NCBI GenBank assembly: GCA_044866005.1 | Contig: JBIOTN010000047.1 | Span: 1-12,946, forward strand | Source of the DNA: Candidatus Rokuibacteriota bacterium | Lineage (GTDB): Bacteria > Methylomirabilota > Methylomirabilia > Rokubacteriales > DASRDR01 | Length of the DNA stretch: 12,946 nucleotides | Direction: 5' to 3' | Shown here: positions 1-7,540 of the stretch, in pieces | How the letters are laid out: the number at the start of each line of letters is the position of its first letter | Numbering within the stretch: position 1 is the stretch's first letter | Notes under the pieces: generated by a model | Database searches by the model: none | Seen by the model: the letters and a program-made list of their open reading frames with translations, nothing else | What the model was told of the DNA's origin: nothing | Made by a program: the position numbers and the translations under genes

Positions 1-320
1 CGGTGGCGCAGATGGACCAGGTGGTGCAGTCGAGCGCGGCGCAGACGGAGGAGATCTCGTCGACGGCGGAGACGCTGGCGGCGCAGTCGCAGCAGCTGGC
101 GGCGCTGGTGGGGCGGTTCAAGCTGGATCAGTCCGGGACGGGGCGGCCGGACGCCGGCGAGGGGATCCCGGCGCAGGAGACGGCGCCGGCGGCACCGTCC
201 CGCGCGCGGGCGCGCCGGCCGGTCGCGGCCAGCGCCGAGCGACAGGCTGTCGCGGTCACGGCCGCCGTTCCCGGCAACGGCGCGCCGCACCGCTCGATGG
301 GCGGCTTCGATGAGTTCTAA
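1..320 (+). CDS. Methyl-accepting chemotaxis protein, C-terminal fragment (5' truncated by the window edge)
   Basis: Frame 3 reads VAQMDQVVQSSAAQTEEISSTAETLAAQSQQLAALVGRFKL (C-terminal methylation helix, paralogous to the 1868-3601 MCP), then an Ala/Pro/Arg linker and the terminal pentapeptide GFDEF*. Confidence 0.92.
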   Translation, partial: VAQMDQVVQSSAAQTEEISSTAETLAAQSQQLAALVGRFKLDQSGTGRPDAGEGIPAQETAPAAPSRARARRPVAASAERQAVAVTAAVPGNGAPHRSMGGFDEF

Positions 321-348
321 CCTCGCGGGTCCATCAGGAGGACGCGAC

Positions 349-1386
349 ATGAAAGCGATCGGATACGTGCGGTGGGCTGCCGTGGCCCTTCTCGCGACCC
401 TCGCGGGCACGGCGTCGGCGCAGGTCGGTGGCAACGGGGTGTCCGCCGTGACGCTGGAGAAGCTGAAGAGCGCCTACCAGCGGCCGACGGTGATCCCGTT
501 CCCCTCGGACAACCACTATACGAAGGATCGCGAGGCGCTGGGCCGGACGCTCTTCTTCGATCCGCGGCTGTCCGGCTCGAACTTCATCTCGTGCGCCACG
601 TGCCACAATCCCGCCTTCTCCTGGGGTGACGGGCTCCCCAAGGGGATCGGGCACGGCATGAAGACCCTGGGGCGACGGACGCCCACCATCCTCAACCTCG
701 CGTGGACGGAGCTGCTCTTCTGGGACGGTCGCGCCGAGGGCCTCGAAGGGCAGGCGCTCGGCCCCATCCAGTCGCCGGCGGAGATGAACCTCTCGCTGGA
801 AGAGCTCGTCGCGAAGATCGGCAAGATCGACGGATACCGGGTGTTCTTCCAGATGGCGTACCCGGGCGAGGGGATCACCGCGAAGACGGTCGCCAAGGCG
901 ATCGCGACCTTCGAGCGCACGGTCGTGTCCGGCGTGGCCCCCTTCGACGAGTGGATCGCCGGGAACGAGAGCGCCATCTCGCCCTCGGCCAGGAACGGCT
1001 TCGTGCTCTTCAACGGCAAGGCGAAGTGCGCGGCCTGCCACCAGGGCTGGAACCTCACCGACGGCGGCTTCCACGACATCGGGCTGCCCTCCCCGGACCC
1101 GGGGCGCGGCAAGCTCCTGCCGGACCTGGTCGGCATGCAGCACGCCTTCAAGACCCCGACGCTCCGGAACGTGGACCGCCGCGCGCCGTACATGCACGAC
1201 GGCTCGCTGGCGACGCTGAGAGAGGTGATCGACTTCTACGCCACCGGCGGCACGGCCCGGCCGAGCCGCTCCAAGGACATCAAGCCGCTGCGCCTGACCG
1301 AGTCGGAAAAGGGCGACCTGGTGGCCTTCCTGAAGACCCTGACGGCGATCGACGCGCCGGTGGCCATTCCGGCGCTCCCGAGATAG
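349..1386 (+). CDS. Exported diheme cytochrome c peroxidase, MauG-like
   Basis: ATG 349 follows SD AGGAGG (336-341). Sec signal peptide ...LAGTASA|Q. CXXCH at 592-606 (CATCH) and 1027-1041 (CAACH). Family motifs LGRTLFFDPRLS, FWDGRA and FKTPTLRNV..RAPYMHDGS. Tyr (1237-1239) sits at the distal-ligand position of heme 2. Confidence 0.93.
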   Translation: MKAIGYVRWAAVALLATLAGTASAQVGGNGVSAVTLEKLKSAYQRPTVIPFPSDNHYTKDREALGRTLFFDPRLSGSNFISCATCHNPAFSWGDGLPKGIGHGMKTLGRRTPTILNLAWTELLFWDGRAEGLEGQALGPIQSPAEMNLSLEELVAKIGKIDGYRVFFQMAYPGEGITAKTVAKAIATFERTVVSGVAPFDEWIAGNESAISPSARNGFVLFNGKAKCAACHQGWNLTDGGFHDIGLPSPDPGRGKLLPDLVGMQHAFKTPTLRNVDRRAPYMHDGSLATLREVIDFYATGGTARPSRSKDIKPLRLTESEKGDLVAFLKTLTAIDAPVAIPALPR

Positions 1387-1516
1387 AACCCTGCCCGGCG
1401 GCGCCCGGGCGGTGACCGCCCGCGCGCCGGCCGGCCGGCGGCTCGGCCCGGGGCATCGCCCTGGGCCGGGCGCGACGGCGGCGACCCGATCCAGGAACGC
1501 GAAAGGAGCGAGTGAG

Positions 1517-1840
1517 ATGGACGTGCGAATCCTCGTGGTGACCGCGTGCGCGCTGCTGGCGGCGGTGACGCCGGCGGCGGCCGCGGACTTCAAGGTCATG
1601 CAGAAGGACAAGTCGTTCTCGGAAAGCGACGTCCATCTCCGGGTCGGCGACCGGCTGACGTTCGTGAACGCGGACACGGTGACGCACAACGTGTACTCGC
1701 GCAGCCGAGGGCTCGAGTTCGAGATCACCAGCCAGGTGCCGGGATCATCGGACAGCGTCAGCTTCCGCAGCTCGGGAGTCGCCGAGGTGCAGTGCGCGAT
1801 CCACCCGAAGATGAAGCTCCAGATCCATGTGGCGCCCTGA
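1517..1840 (+). CDS. Exported cupredoxin (type-1 copper; amicyanin/MauL-like), 107 aa
   Basis: ATG 1517 follows SD AAGGAG (1503-1508). Signal peptide ...VTPAAA|AD. Motif VGDRLTFVNADTVTHNV (His 1685-1687) and C-x2-H-x2-M loop CAIHPKM (1793-1813). Confidence 0.88.
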   Translation: MDVRILVVTACALLAAVTPAAAADFKVMQKDKSFSESDVHLRVGDRLTFVNADTVTHNVYSRSRGLEFEITSQVPGSSDSVSFRSSGVAEVQCAIHPKMKLQIHVAP

Positions 1841-1867
1841 CGGCCCCACGGCGGCGGAGGGACGGCC

Positions 1868-3601
1868 ATGAAGATCGGGCGGAAGCTCCTGGTGGGGTTC
1901 CTCATCGTCATCACGTCGACGGTGGGACTGGGTCTCTACGCGATCCACAGCATCCGGACGATGAACGACCTCATCGGCCGCCTGTACGACAACGTGCTGA
2001 TGACCAGCACGTTCGCGCAGAGCGCCCATACCTCCTTCATCAAGCTGGACCGGGCGCTGAAGGAGGCGGTCGCCGCGCCGACCGTGAGCGATCTGGACCG
2101 CCAGGCCGCCGCGATGGAAGCCGCGGAGAAGGTATTCCTCGAGGACCTCGCCGTCGTCGGCGAGCGCGCTCTCAGCGCGACCAGCACCGGTCACGTGGCC
2201 GAGATCCGGCGGCTGTACGAGCGGTGGAAGCCGCTCAGGGCCGAGGCCCTCGCCAGCGCGCGGCGACAGCTCGGGGCCGGGAGCGCGGACGCCGCCAAGA
2301 AGACGCCGGGCGTCACGACCAGTCCGGAGTCGCTGCAGATCGCCGGCCTCATCGAAGCGAGACTGACCGCGTTGACGGATTACGCGGCGGAGACGGGGTT
2401 CGAGTTCAAGGAGTCCGCGAAGCGCCTGGGCAGCCTCACGCTGTACGTCGCCCAGGGCGCCGTGGTCTCGGCTCTCCTGATCAGCCTGGGCGTCTGGTGG
2501 GTGCTGTCGCGCGGGATCGTGCCGCGCCTCCGGGCGCTCAGCGAGCAGCTCCACGAGCTGGCGTCCGGGGAGGGCGACCTGACCAAGCGGTTGACGATCA
2601 GCAGCCGAGACGAGATCGGCGAGCTGGCCCACTGGTGGAACACGTTCATCGCCAAGATGCAGGACATCGTGGTCCACGTCCGGTCCGCCGCCAACGGGGT
2701 GGCGGCCGCCGCCCAGCAGGTCGCGGCCTCGGGCGAGGAGCTGGCGTCGGGTGCCCAGGCCCAGGCCGCGTCGCTGGAAGAGACGGCGGCGTGCGTCGAG
2801 GAGATCACGGGCACGGTACGCCAGACCGCCGACAACGCGCGGACCGCCAACGACCTGGTCACGGGCGCCAAGGACCTCGCCCAGAAGGGCGGGGCGGAGA
2901 CCACGCAGGCGGTCGCCGCCATGGACGCCATCACCCGCGCGTCGAAGCAGATCACCGACATCATCACGACGATCGACGAGATCGCCTTCCAGACGAATCT
3001 GCTCGCCTTGAACGCCGCGGTGGAAGCGGCTCGCGCGGGCCAGCAGGGCCGCGGCTTCGCCGTCGTCGCGGTGGAGGTGCGGAACCTCGCCCAGCGGAGC
3101 GCGGGCGCCGCCAGGGAGATCAAGACGCTGATCCAGGATTCCGTCCAGAAGGTCGAGACCGGCTCGCACCTGGTGCACAAATCGGGACGGACGCTCCAGG
3201 ACATCGTCACCTCGGTCAAGCGCGTGACCGACCTCATGGGCGAGATCGCCGCGGCGTCGCAGGAACAGTCGAGCGGCATCGAGCAGGTGAGCCGCGCGGT
3301 GACGCAGATGGAAGGGGTCACGCAGCAGGGGGCCGACAAGACGGAGCAGCTCTCCTCGGCCGCCCAGGCGCTGGCTTCGCAGGCCCAGCAGCTGCAGGTG
3401 ATGGTGGGGCGGTTCAAGCTGGCCGAGGCCGGCCCCATCCCGGCGCGACCGGCCGCCGCCACGGCGGCGGGCTTCGTGGGGGCCGTGTCCCGGTCGAAGG
3501 CGGCGCGGCCGCTGGAGCGGGGCGCGGAACCCGTGCTGTCGACGCTCTCACGAGACGATCAGGTCACTCGCCGCAAGCACGACGGGTTCGACGAGTTCTA
3601 G
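1868..3601 (+). CDS. Methyl-accepting chemotaxis protein (TM - helical periplasmic sensor - TM - HAMP - 36H signalling domain - pentapeptide)
   Basis: Two TM segments; HAMP ([18 protein letters not shown]); [37 protein letters not shown]. The signalling domain aligns by eye without gaps to recalled E. coli Tsr. Ends in GFDEF*. Confidence 0.97.
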   Translation: MKIGRKLLVGFLIVITSTVGLGLYAIHSIRTMNDLIGRLYDNVLMTSTFAQSAHTSFIKLDRALKEAVAAPTVSDLDRQAAAMEAAEKVFLEDLAVVGERALSATSTGHVAEIRRLYERWKPLRAEALASARRQLGAGSADAAKKTPGVTTSPESLQIAGLIEARLTALTDYAAETGFEFKESAKRLGSLTLYVAQGAVVSALLISLGVWWVLSRGIVPRLRALSEQLHELASGEGDLTKRLTISSRDEIGELAHWWNTFIAKMQDIVVHVRSAANGVAAAAQQVAASGEELASGAQAQAASLEETAACVEEITGTVRQTADNARTANDLVTGAKDLAQKGGAETTQAVAAMDAITRASKQITDIITTIDEIAFQTNLLALNAAVEAARAGQQGRGFAVVAVEVRNLAQRSAGAAREIKTLIQDSVQKVETGSHLVHKSGRTLQDIVTSVKRVTDLMGEIAAASQEQSSGIEQVSRAVTQMEGVTQQGADKTEQLSSAAQALASQAQQLQVMVGRFKLAEAGPIPARPAAATAAGFVGAVSRSKAARPLERGAEPVLSTLSRDDQVTRRKHDGFDEF

Positions 3602-3630
3602 CATGCGTGGCTGGCCGAATGGGGAGGAGC

Positions 3631-4425
3631 ATGCGCACCTCGAGCAGAGTGCGGATGGCGGCGGGACTGGCGCTGTGGCTTGTCGCGGCGTCCGAAGCCT
3701 GGGCCGCGGGGCCGCCCAACGGCGCCCGGGCGGTCGGCGAACGGGTGTACCGGGAGGTCTGTGCGGCCTGCCACGGGGCGACCGGCGATGGCCGCGGTCC
3801 ATCGGCGTCCGGCTTGATGCCGCGGCCGCAGGTGTTCGCGAACGGGCGCCACATGATGCGACTGACGGACGAGTACCTGTTCGCCGTCGTCAAGTACGGG
3901 AAGATGGCCGTGCTGAAGGGGCAGTCGCCGCGCCCGGGTGTCGAGGCGACGGCGATGCCGGCCTTCGAGGAGGTCTTCTCGGACGCGCAGATTCGGGAGC
4001 TGGTCGCCTACGTGCGCGCGTTCCGGTCGGGCGTCCCGCAGCCGGCGGTGCTGCGGGCGACGTTCGTCGAGTACTGCGTCATCTGTCACGGGGCGGAGGG
4101 ACGAGGGGACGGGAAGCTGGCGAGCAAACGCCAGCCACCGCCGCCCCGCTTCGTCAGCGCGCTGCAGCCGGCGCCGCCGGACTACCGGGACGCGGCGATG
4201 ATGGATCGGTTCTCCGACGACTTCCTGTTCACGCTGATCAAGAAGGGGCGGATCCGCGCGACCGAGGCGGCCGGCTTCGACACGATGAAGCCGCTCGGCC
4301 AGGTGCTGTCGGACGCAGAAATCTGGGCCGTGGTGCGGTACATCCGGGACATCCTGGTCCGCGTCGAGCGGGAGGACGGGGCGGTGCGTGACGCGACCGC
4401 GACACCACGGTCCACGGACCGGTGA
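3631..4425 (+). CDS. Exported diheme class I cytochrome c (two tandem cytochrome c domains), ~264 aa
   Basis: The real 3' part of the 1546-4425 ORF. GGAGGAG precedes ATG 3631 (alternative ATGs at 3619 and 3655). Signal peptide ...ASEAWA|A. CAACH 3760-3774 and CVICH 4075-4089, with distal Met motifs AMPAF and TMKPL. Confidence 0.88.
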   Translation: MRTSSRVRMAAGLALWLVAASEAWAAGPPNGARAVGERVYREVCAACHGATGDGRGPSASGLMPRPQVFANGRHMMRLTDEYLFAVVKYGKMAVLKGQSPRPGVEATAMPAFEEVFSDAQIRELVAYVRAFRSGVPQPAVLRATFVEYCVICHGAEGRGDGKLASKRQPPPPRFVSALQPAPPDYRDAAMMDRFSDDFLFTLIKKGRIRATEAAGFDTMKPLGQVLSDAEIWAVVRYIRDILVRVEREDGAVRDATATPRSTDR

Positions 4426-4439
4426 GAAAGGACAGAGCC

Positions 4440-4943
4440 ATGGAGCAGCTGGACGCGCTGTCGAGCCAGGTCGGCTTCGCCACGGACGGGAGCCAGTATC
4501 TGACCTTCACGCTGGGCCAGGAGGAGTACGGGCTGGAGATCCTGAAGGTCCAGGAGATCAAGGGCTATTCGGCGATCACCCCGATCCCCAACACTCCCCG
4601 CTACGTCAAGGGAGTGATGAACCTCCGGGGCACGATCATCCCCGTCGTGGATCTCCGATCCAAGTTCGCCATGACCGAGACCGAGTACACCCAGTTCACC
4701 GTGGTCGTCGTGGTCACCGTCGGAACCAAGATCATGGGGCTGGTCGTGGACGCCGTGTCCGACGTGCTCAACATCCCCAAATCGGACATCCAGGAGACCC
4801 CCGACTTCGGCGCCGACGTGGACGCCCGCTTCATCAGCGGGATGGCGAAGGCGGGCGACAAGCTCGTCGCCCTCCTCGACATCGAGCGGGTCCTCGGCGA
4901 CGAGGCCAGCGCGCTCGGCAGCGGCAGCCCGGTCCCGGCGTGA
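4440..4943 (+). CDS. cheW: Chemotaxis scaffold protein CheW
   Basis: QYLTFTLGQEEYGLEILKVQEI, IPNTPRYVKGVMNLRGTIIPVVDLR, GLVVDAVSDV. ATG 4440 follows AAAGGA (alternative GTG at 4422). Confidence 0.97.
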   Translation: MEQLDALSSQVGFATDGSQYLTFTLGQEEYGLEILKVQEIKGYSAITPIPNTPRYVKGVMNLRGTIIPVVDLRSKFAMTETEYTQFTVVVVVTVGTKIMGLVVDAVSDVLNIPKSDIQETPDFGADVDARFISGMAKAGDKLVALLDIERVLGDEASALGSGSPVPA

Positions 4944-4959
4944 GCCGAGGACGCCGGCC

Positions 4960-5859
4960 ATGGTAGGGGTACCGACCTTGGACCCGACGGCTGTGGGCCA
5001 GTTCCGGATCACGGAGCGGGAGTTCCAGCGCTTCCGCGTGCTGGTCGCCCGGCAGACCGGGATCGCTTTGACCGACAGCAAGCGTCAGCTCGTCTGCTCA
5101 CGCCTCGGCAAGCGGCTCCGCCATTACGGCTACGCGACGTTCGGGCAGTACTACGAGCACCTGGTGGGGCGGGATCCGGAAGGGGAAGAGCTCCTCCAGA
5201 TGGTCAACGCGATCACGACCAACAAGACGGAGTTCTTCCGCGAGCCGCACCACTTCGAGCTCCTCCGGTCCGAGGTCTTGCCGGCGATGGCCATCCGGGC
5301 GGCGGCCGGGGCGCCACGGCGGCTCCGGATCTGGAGCGCAGGCTGTTCGAGCGGGGAGGAGCCCTACAGCATCGCGATGACCCTGCTGGCCGCGAAGATG
5401 GGGATCTGGGACGCGCGCATCCTGGCCTCCGACATCGACACGGACGTGCTGTCGCAGGGACAGCAAGGCGTGTACCCGGCGGAGCGCCTGGCGAACGTGC
5501 CGCGAGACCTCCGCGAGCGCTGCTTCTCCCGCGGTCGGGGCCGGCACGACGGTCTGTGGCGCGTCCGGTCGGAGCTCCGCGATCTGGTCGTCTTCCGCCG
5601 GATCAACCTGCGGGAGGCGGCCTGGCCGATCCGCGCCCTCTTCGACTGCATCTTCTGCCGGAACGTGCTCATCTACTTCGACCGGGCGCTCCAGCAGGAG
5701 GTGGTGGGTCGGCTGGTGACCCATCTCAGGCCGGGCGGGTACCTCTTCCTGGGCCACTCGGAGTCGTTGCTCGGGATGAGCGAGGGGCTGAGCTACCTCG
5801 GCAACACCGTCTACCGGAAGGCGGGCGGGGCCGGCGGGCCGGGAGCGGCCGGTGGTTGA
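4960..5859 (+). CDS. cheR: Chemotaxis methyltransferase CheR (pentapeptide-dependent type)
   Basis: ITTNKTEFFREPHHF, RIWSAGCSSGEEPYSIA, FDCIFCRNVLIYFD, GGYLFLGHSES. Beta-subdomain reads FSRGRGRHDG. Confidence 0.97.
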   Translation: MVGVPTLDPTAVGQFRITEREFQRFRVLVARQTGIALTDSKRQLVCSRLGKRLRHYGYATFGQYYEHLVGRDPEGEELLQMVNAITTNKTEFFREPHHFELLRSEVLPAMAIRAAAGAPRRLRIWSAGCSSGEEPYSIAMTLLAAKMGIWDARILASDIDTDVLSQGQQGVYPAERLANVPRDLRERCFSRGRGRHDGLWRVRSELRDLVVFRRINLREAAWPIRALFDCIFCRNVLIYFDRALQQEVVGRLVTHLRPGGYLFLGHSESLLGMSEGLSYLGNTVYRKAGGAGGPGAAGG

Positions 5860-6412
5860 GCGACCGGAGGTCACCATCCACATCGGCCAGGTCTACGCGA
5901 CCCGGGAGCCCATGGTCATCAAGACGGTGCTCGGCTCGTGCATCGCCGTCTGCCTCCTCGACCCGGTCGCCCGGGTGGGCGGGATGAACCACTTCATGTT
6001 GCCGGCCTCGAGCGGCGGCTCCCAGGACGGCGGCTCGCAGTTCGGTATCCACGCCATGGACCTCTTGATCGGCTCGATGCAGAAGGCCGGCGGCGACCGG
6101 CGCCGCTTCCAGGCCAAGCTCTTCGGCGGCGGCCACATCCTTCAGATGGCCGCCAACGGCACCAGCGTCCCGGAGCTGAACATCGATTTCATCGAGAAGT
6201 TCGTGAAGACGGAGGGGCTCGCCGTCATCAGTCGCGACCTGGGCGGCTACCTCCCGCGCCGGATCCATTTCCACACCGATACCGGGAAGGTGTACGTCAA
6301 GCGGCTCGGGCAGCACGTGCTCAGGGAAACGCGGGCGGAGGAGAAAGAGCACGCGCGCGTCATCGCTCAGGATGCCGTGCGGTTCGGCAAGATCACGCTG
6401 TTCACGGACTGA
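5852..6412 (+). CDS. cheD: Chemoreceptor glutamine deamidase CheD
   Basis: TVLGSCIAVCL (catalytic Cys), GGMNHFMLP (His), AKLFGGG, DLGG..PRRIHF. GTG start overlaps the cheR stop. Confidence 0.95.
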   Translation: MVERPEVTIHIGQVYATREPMVIKTVLGSCIAVCLLDPVARVGGMNHFMLPASSGGSQDGGSQFGIHAMDLLIGSMQKAGGDRRRFQAKLFGGGHILQMAANGTSVPELNIDFIEKFVKTEGLAVISRDLGGYLPRRIHFHTDTGKVYVKRLGQHVLRETRAEEKEHARVIAQDAVRFGKITLFTD

Positions 6413-6427
6413 TCGCGGGACGCGGCC

Positions 6428-7540
6428 ATGACCAACAAGATCCGCGTGCTCGTGGTGGACGACTCCGCGGTGATGCGGCAGATGCTCAGCGAGCTCCTCG
6501 CCGCCGATCCCGCCATCGAGGTCGTGGGGACGGCTCCCGACCCGTACATCGCTCGCGAAAAGATCCTCCGGCTTCGACCGGACGTGCTGACGCTGGACGT
6601 CGAGATGCCGCGGATGGACGGCCTCACCTTCCTCCAGAAGCTCATGCAGGCGCACCCCATGCCCGTCGTGATGGTCTCGTCGGCGACCCAGCGAGGATGC
6701 GAGACGGCGCTGCGGGCGCTGGAGCTGGGGGCGGTGGACTTCGTCCCGAAGCCCTACCCGGACGTCGTCGCCCGGATGCCGGAGGTGGTCCCGGAAATCC
6801 GGGAGAAGATCAAGGCCGCGGGGGGCGCGCGGCTCCGGTTGCCCACGGGCTCCGAAGATGGCGCCGCGCCGCGTCGGGCGGTCGGGGCGCCTCGCCGACT
6901 GCCGGGGGCCGCCGAGCGCCTGGTCGTCGTCGGGGCCTCGACCGGCGGGACCGAGGCGATCCGGGCGCTCCTCATGGCCATGCCGGCCGACGGGCCCGGC
7001 ATCGTCATCGTGCAGCACATGCCGGAGAAGTTCACCACCGTCTTCGCCGAGCGATGCAACGCGAGCTGCGCCATGCGCGTCAAGGAGGCGCAGGACGGTG
7101 ACCGCGTGCTCCCGGGCCGCGCCCTCGTCGCCCCGGGCGACTTTCACCTGAGGCTGGCCTCGGACGGGGGCCGCTACGTCGCTCGCCTGGACCAGGGCCC
7201 CCCGGTGAACCGGCATCGGCCGTCCGTCGACGTGCTCTTCCAGTCCGCCGCGGCTGCCGCCGGCGCCGATGCGGTCGGGATCATCCTGACCGGGATCGGC
7301 GCGGACGGCGCCCGCGGGCTGCTCGAGATGAAGCGGGCCGGGGCGCGGACGATCGCGCAGGACGAGGCCACCTGCGTCGTGTTCGGCATGCCCAGAGAGG
7401 CGATCGCCCTGGGCGCGGTCGACCACGTCCTGCCGCTCCCCCGGATCTCCCGCATGACGCTGGAGCTGACGGCCTCACCGGCGCCACGCCCGTACCGCCC
7501 CCGCCCCGACAGGAGGCGCTCCGATGCCGTGGAGTCTTGA
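6428..7540 (+). CDS. cheB: Chemotaxis response regulator protein-glutamate methylesterase CheB
   Basis: REC domain (VLVVDDS, LDVEMPRMDG, FVPKP) plus esterase motifs GASTGG, VQHMP, HRPSVDVLF and LTGIGADGA. Confidence 0.97.
   Translation: MTNKIRVLVVDDSAVMRQMLSELLAADPAIEVVGTAPDPYIAREKILRLRPDVLTLDVEMPRMDGLTFLQKLMQAHPMPVVMVSSATQRGCETALRALELGAVDFVPKPYPDVVARMPEVVPEIREKIKAAGGARLRLPTGSEDGAAPRRAVGAPRRLPGAAERLVVVGASTGGTEAIRALLMAMPADGPGIVIVQHMPEKFTTVFAERCNASCAMRVKEAQDGDRVLPGRALVAPGDFHLRLASDGGRYVARLDQGPPVNRHRPSVDVLFQSAAAAAGADAVGIILTGIGADGARGLLEMKRAGARTIAQDEATCVVFGMPREAIALGAVDHVLPLPRISRMTLELTASPAPRPYRPRPDRRRSDAVES

Noticed and set aside
310..348. Upstream starts in the ORF track (310, 1412, 4422, 9382)
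   Set aside because: Downstream ATGs (349, 1517, 4440, 9517) have SD sequences and give proper signal peptides or domain starts.
349..1840. Calling this a methylamine utilisation (mau) cluster
   Set aside because: No mauA/B/D/E/F homologues are in the window and the flanks are chemotaxis genes, so the symbols mauG/mauL were withheld.
334..1914. Long antisense ORFs (also 1745-3178, 5726-7426, 8195-9568, 9385-10332, 10110-11405)
   Set aside because: They mirror well-supported genes, carry no recognisable motifs, and are expected from GC-rich codon bias.
1546..3630. 959-aa ORF apparently fusing a long N-terminus to the cytochrome c
   Set aside because: The first 695 codons are Arg/Gly/Pro-rich off-frame shadow of the cupredoxin and MCP genes in high-GC DNA. 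The cytochrome has its own SD and signal peptide, and no slippery site is evident.
7283..7312. CheB LTGIGADG instead of LTGMGxDG
   Set aside because: Conservative change; the Ser-His-Asp triad is intact, so there is no case for a pseudo-enzyme.
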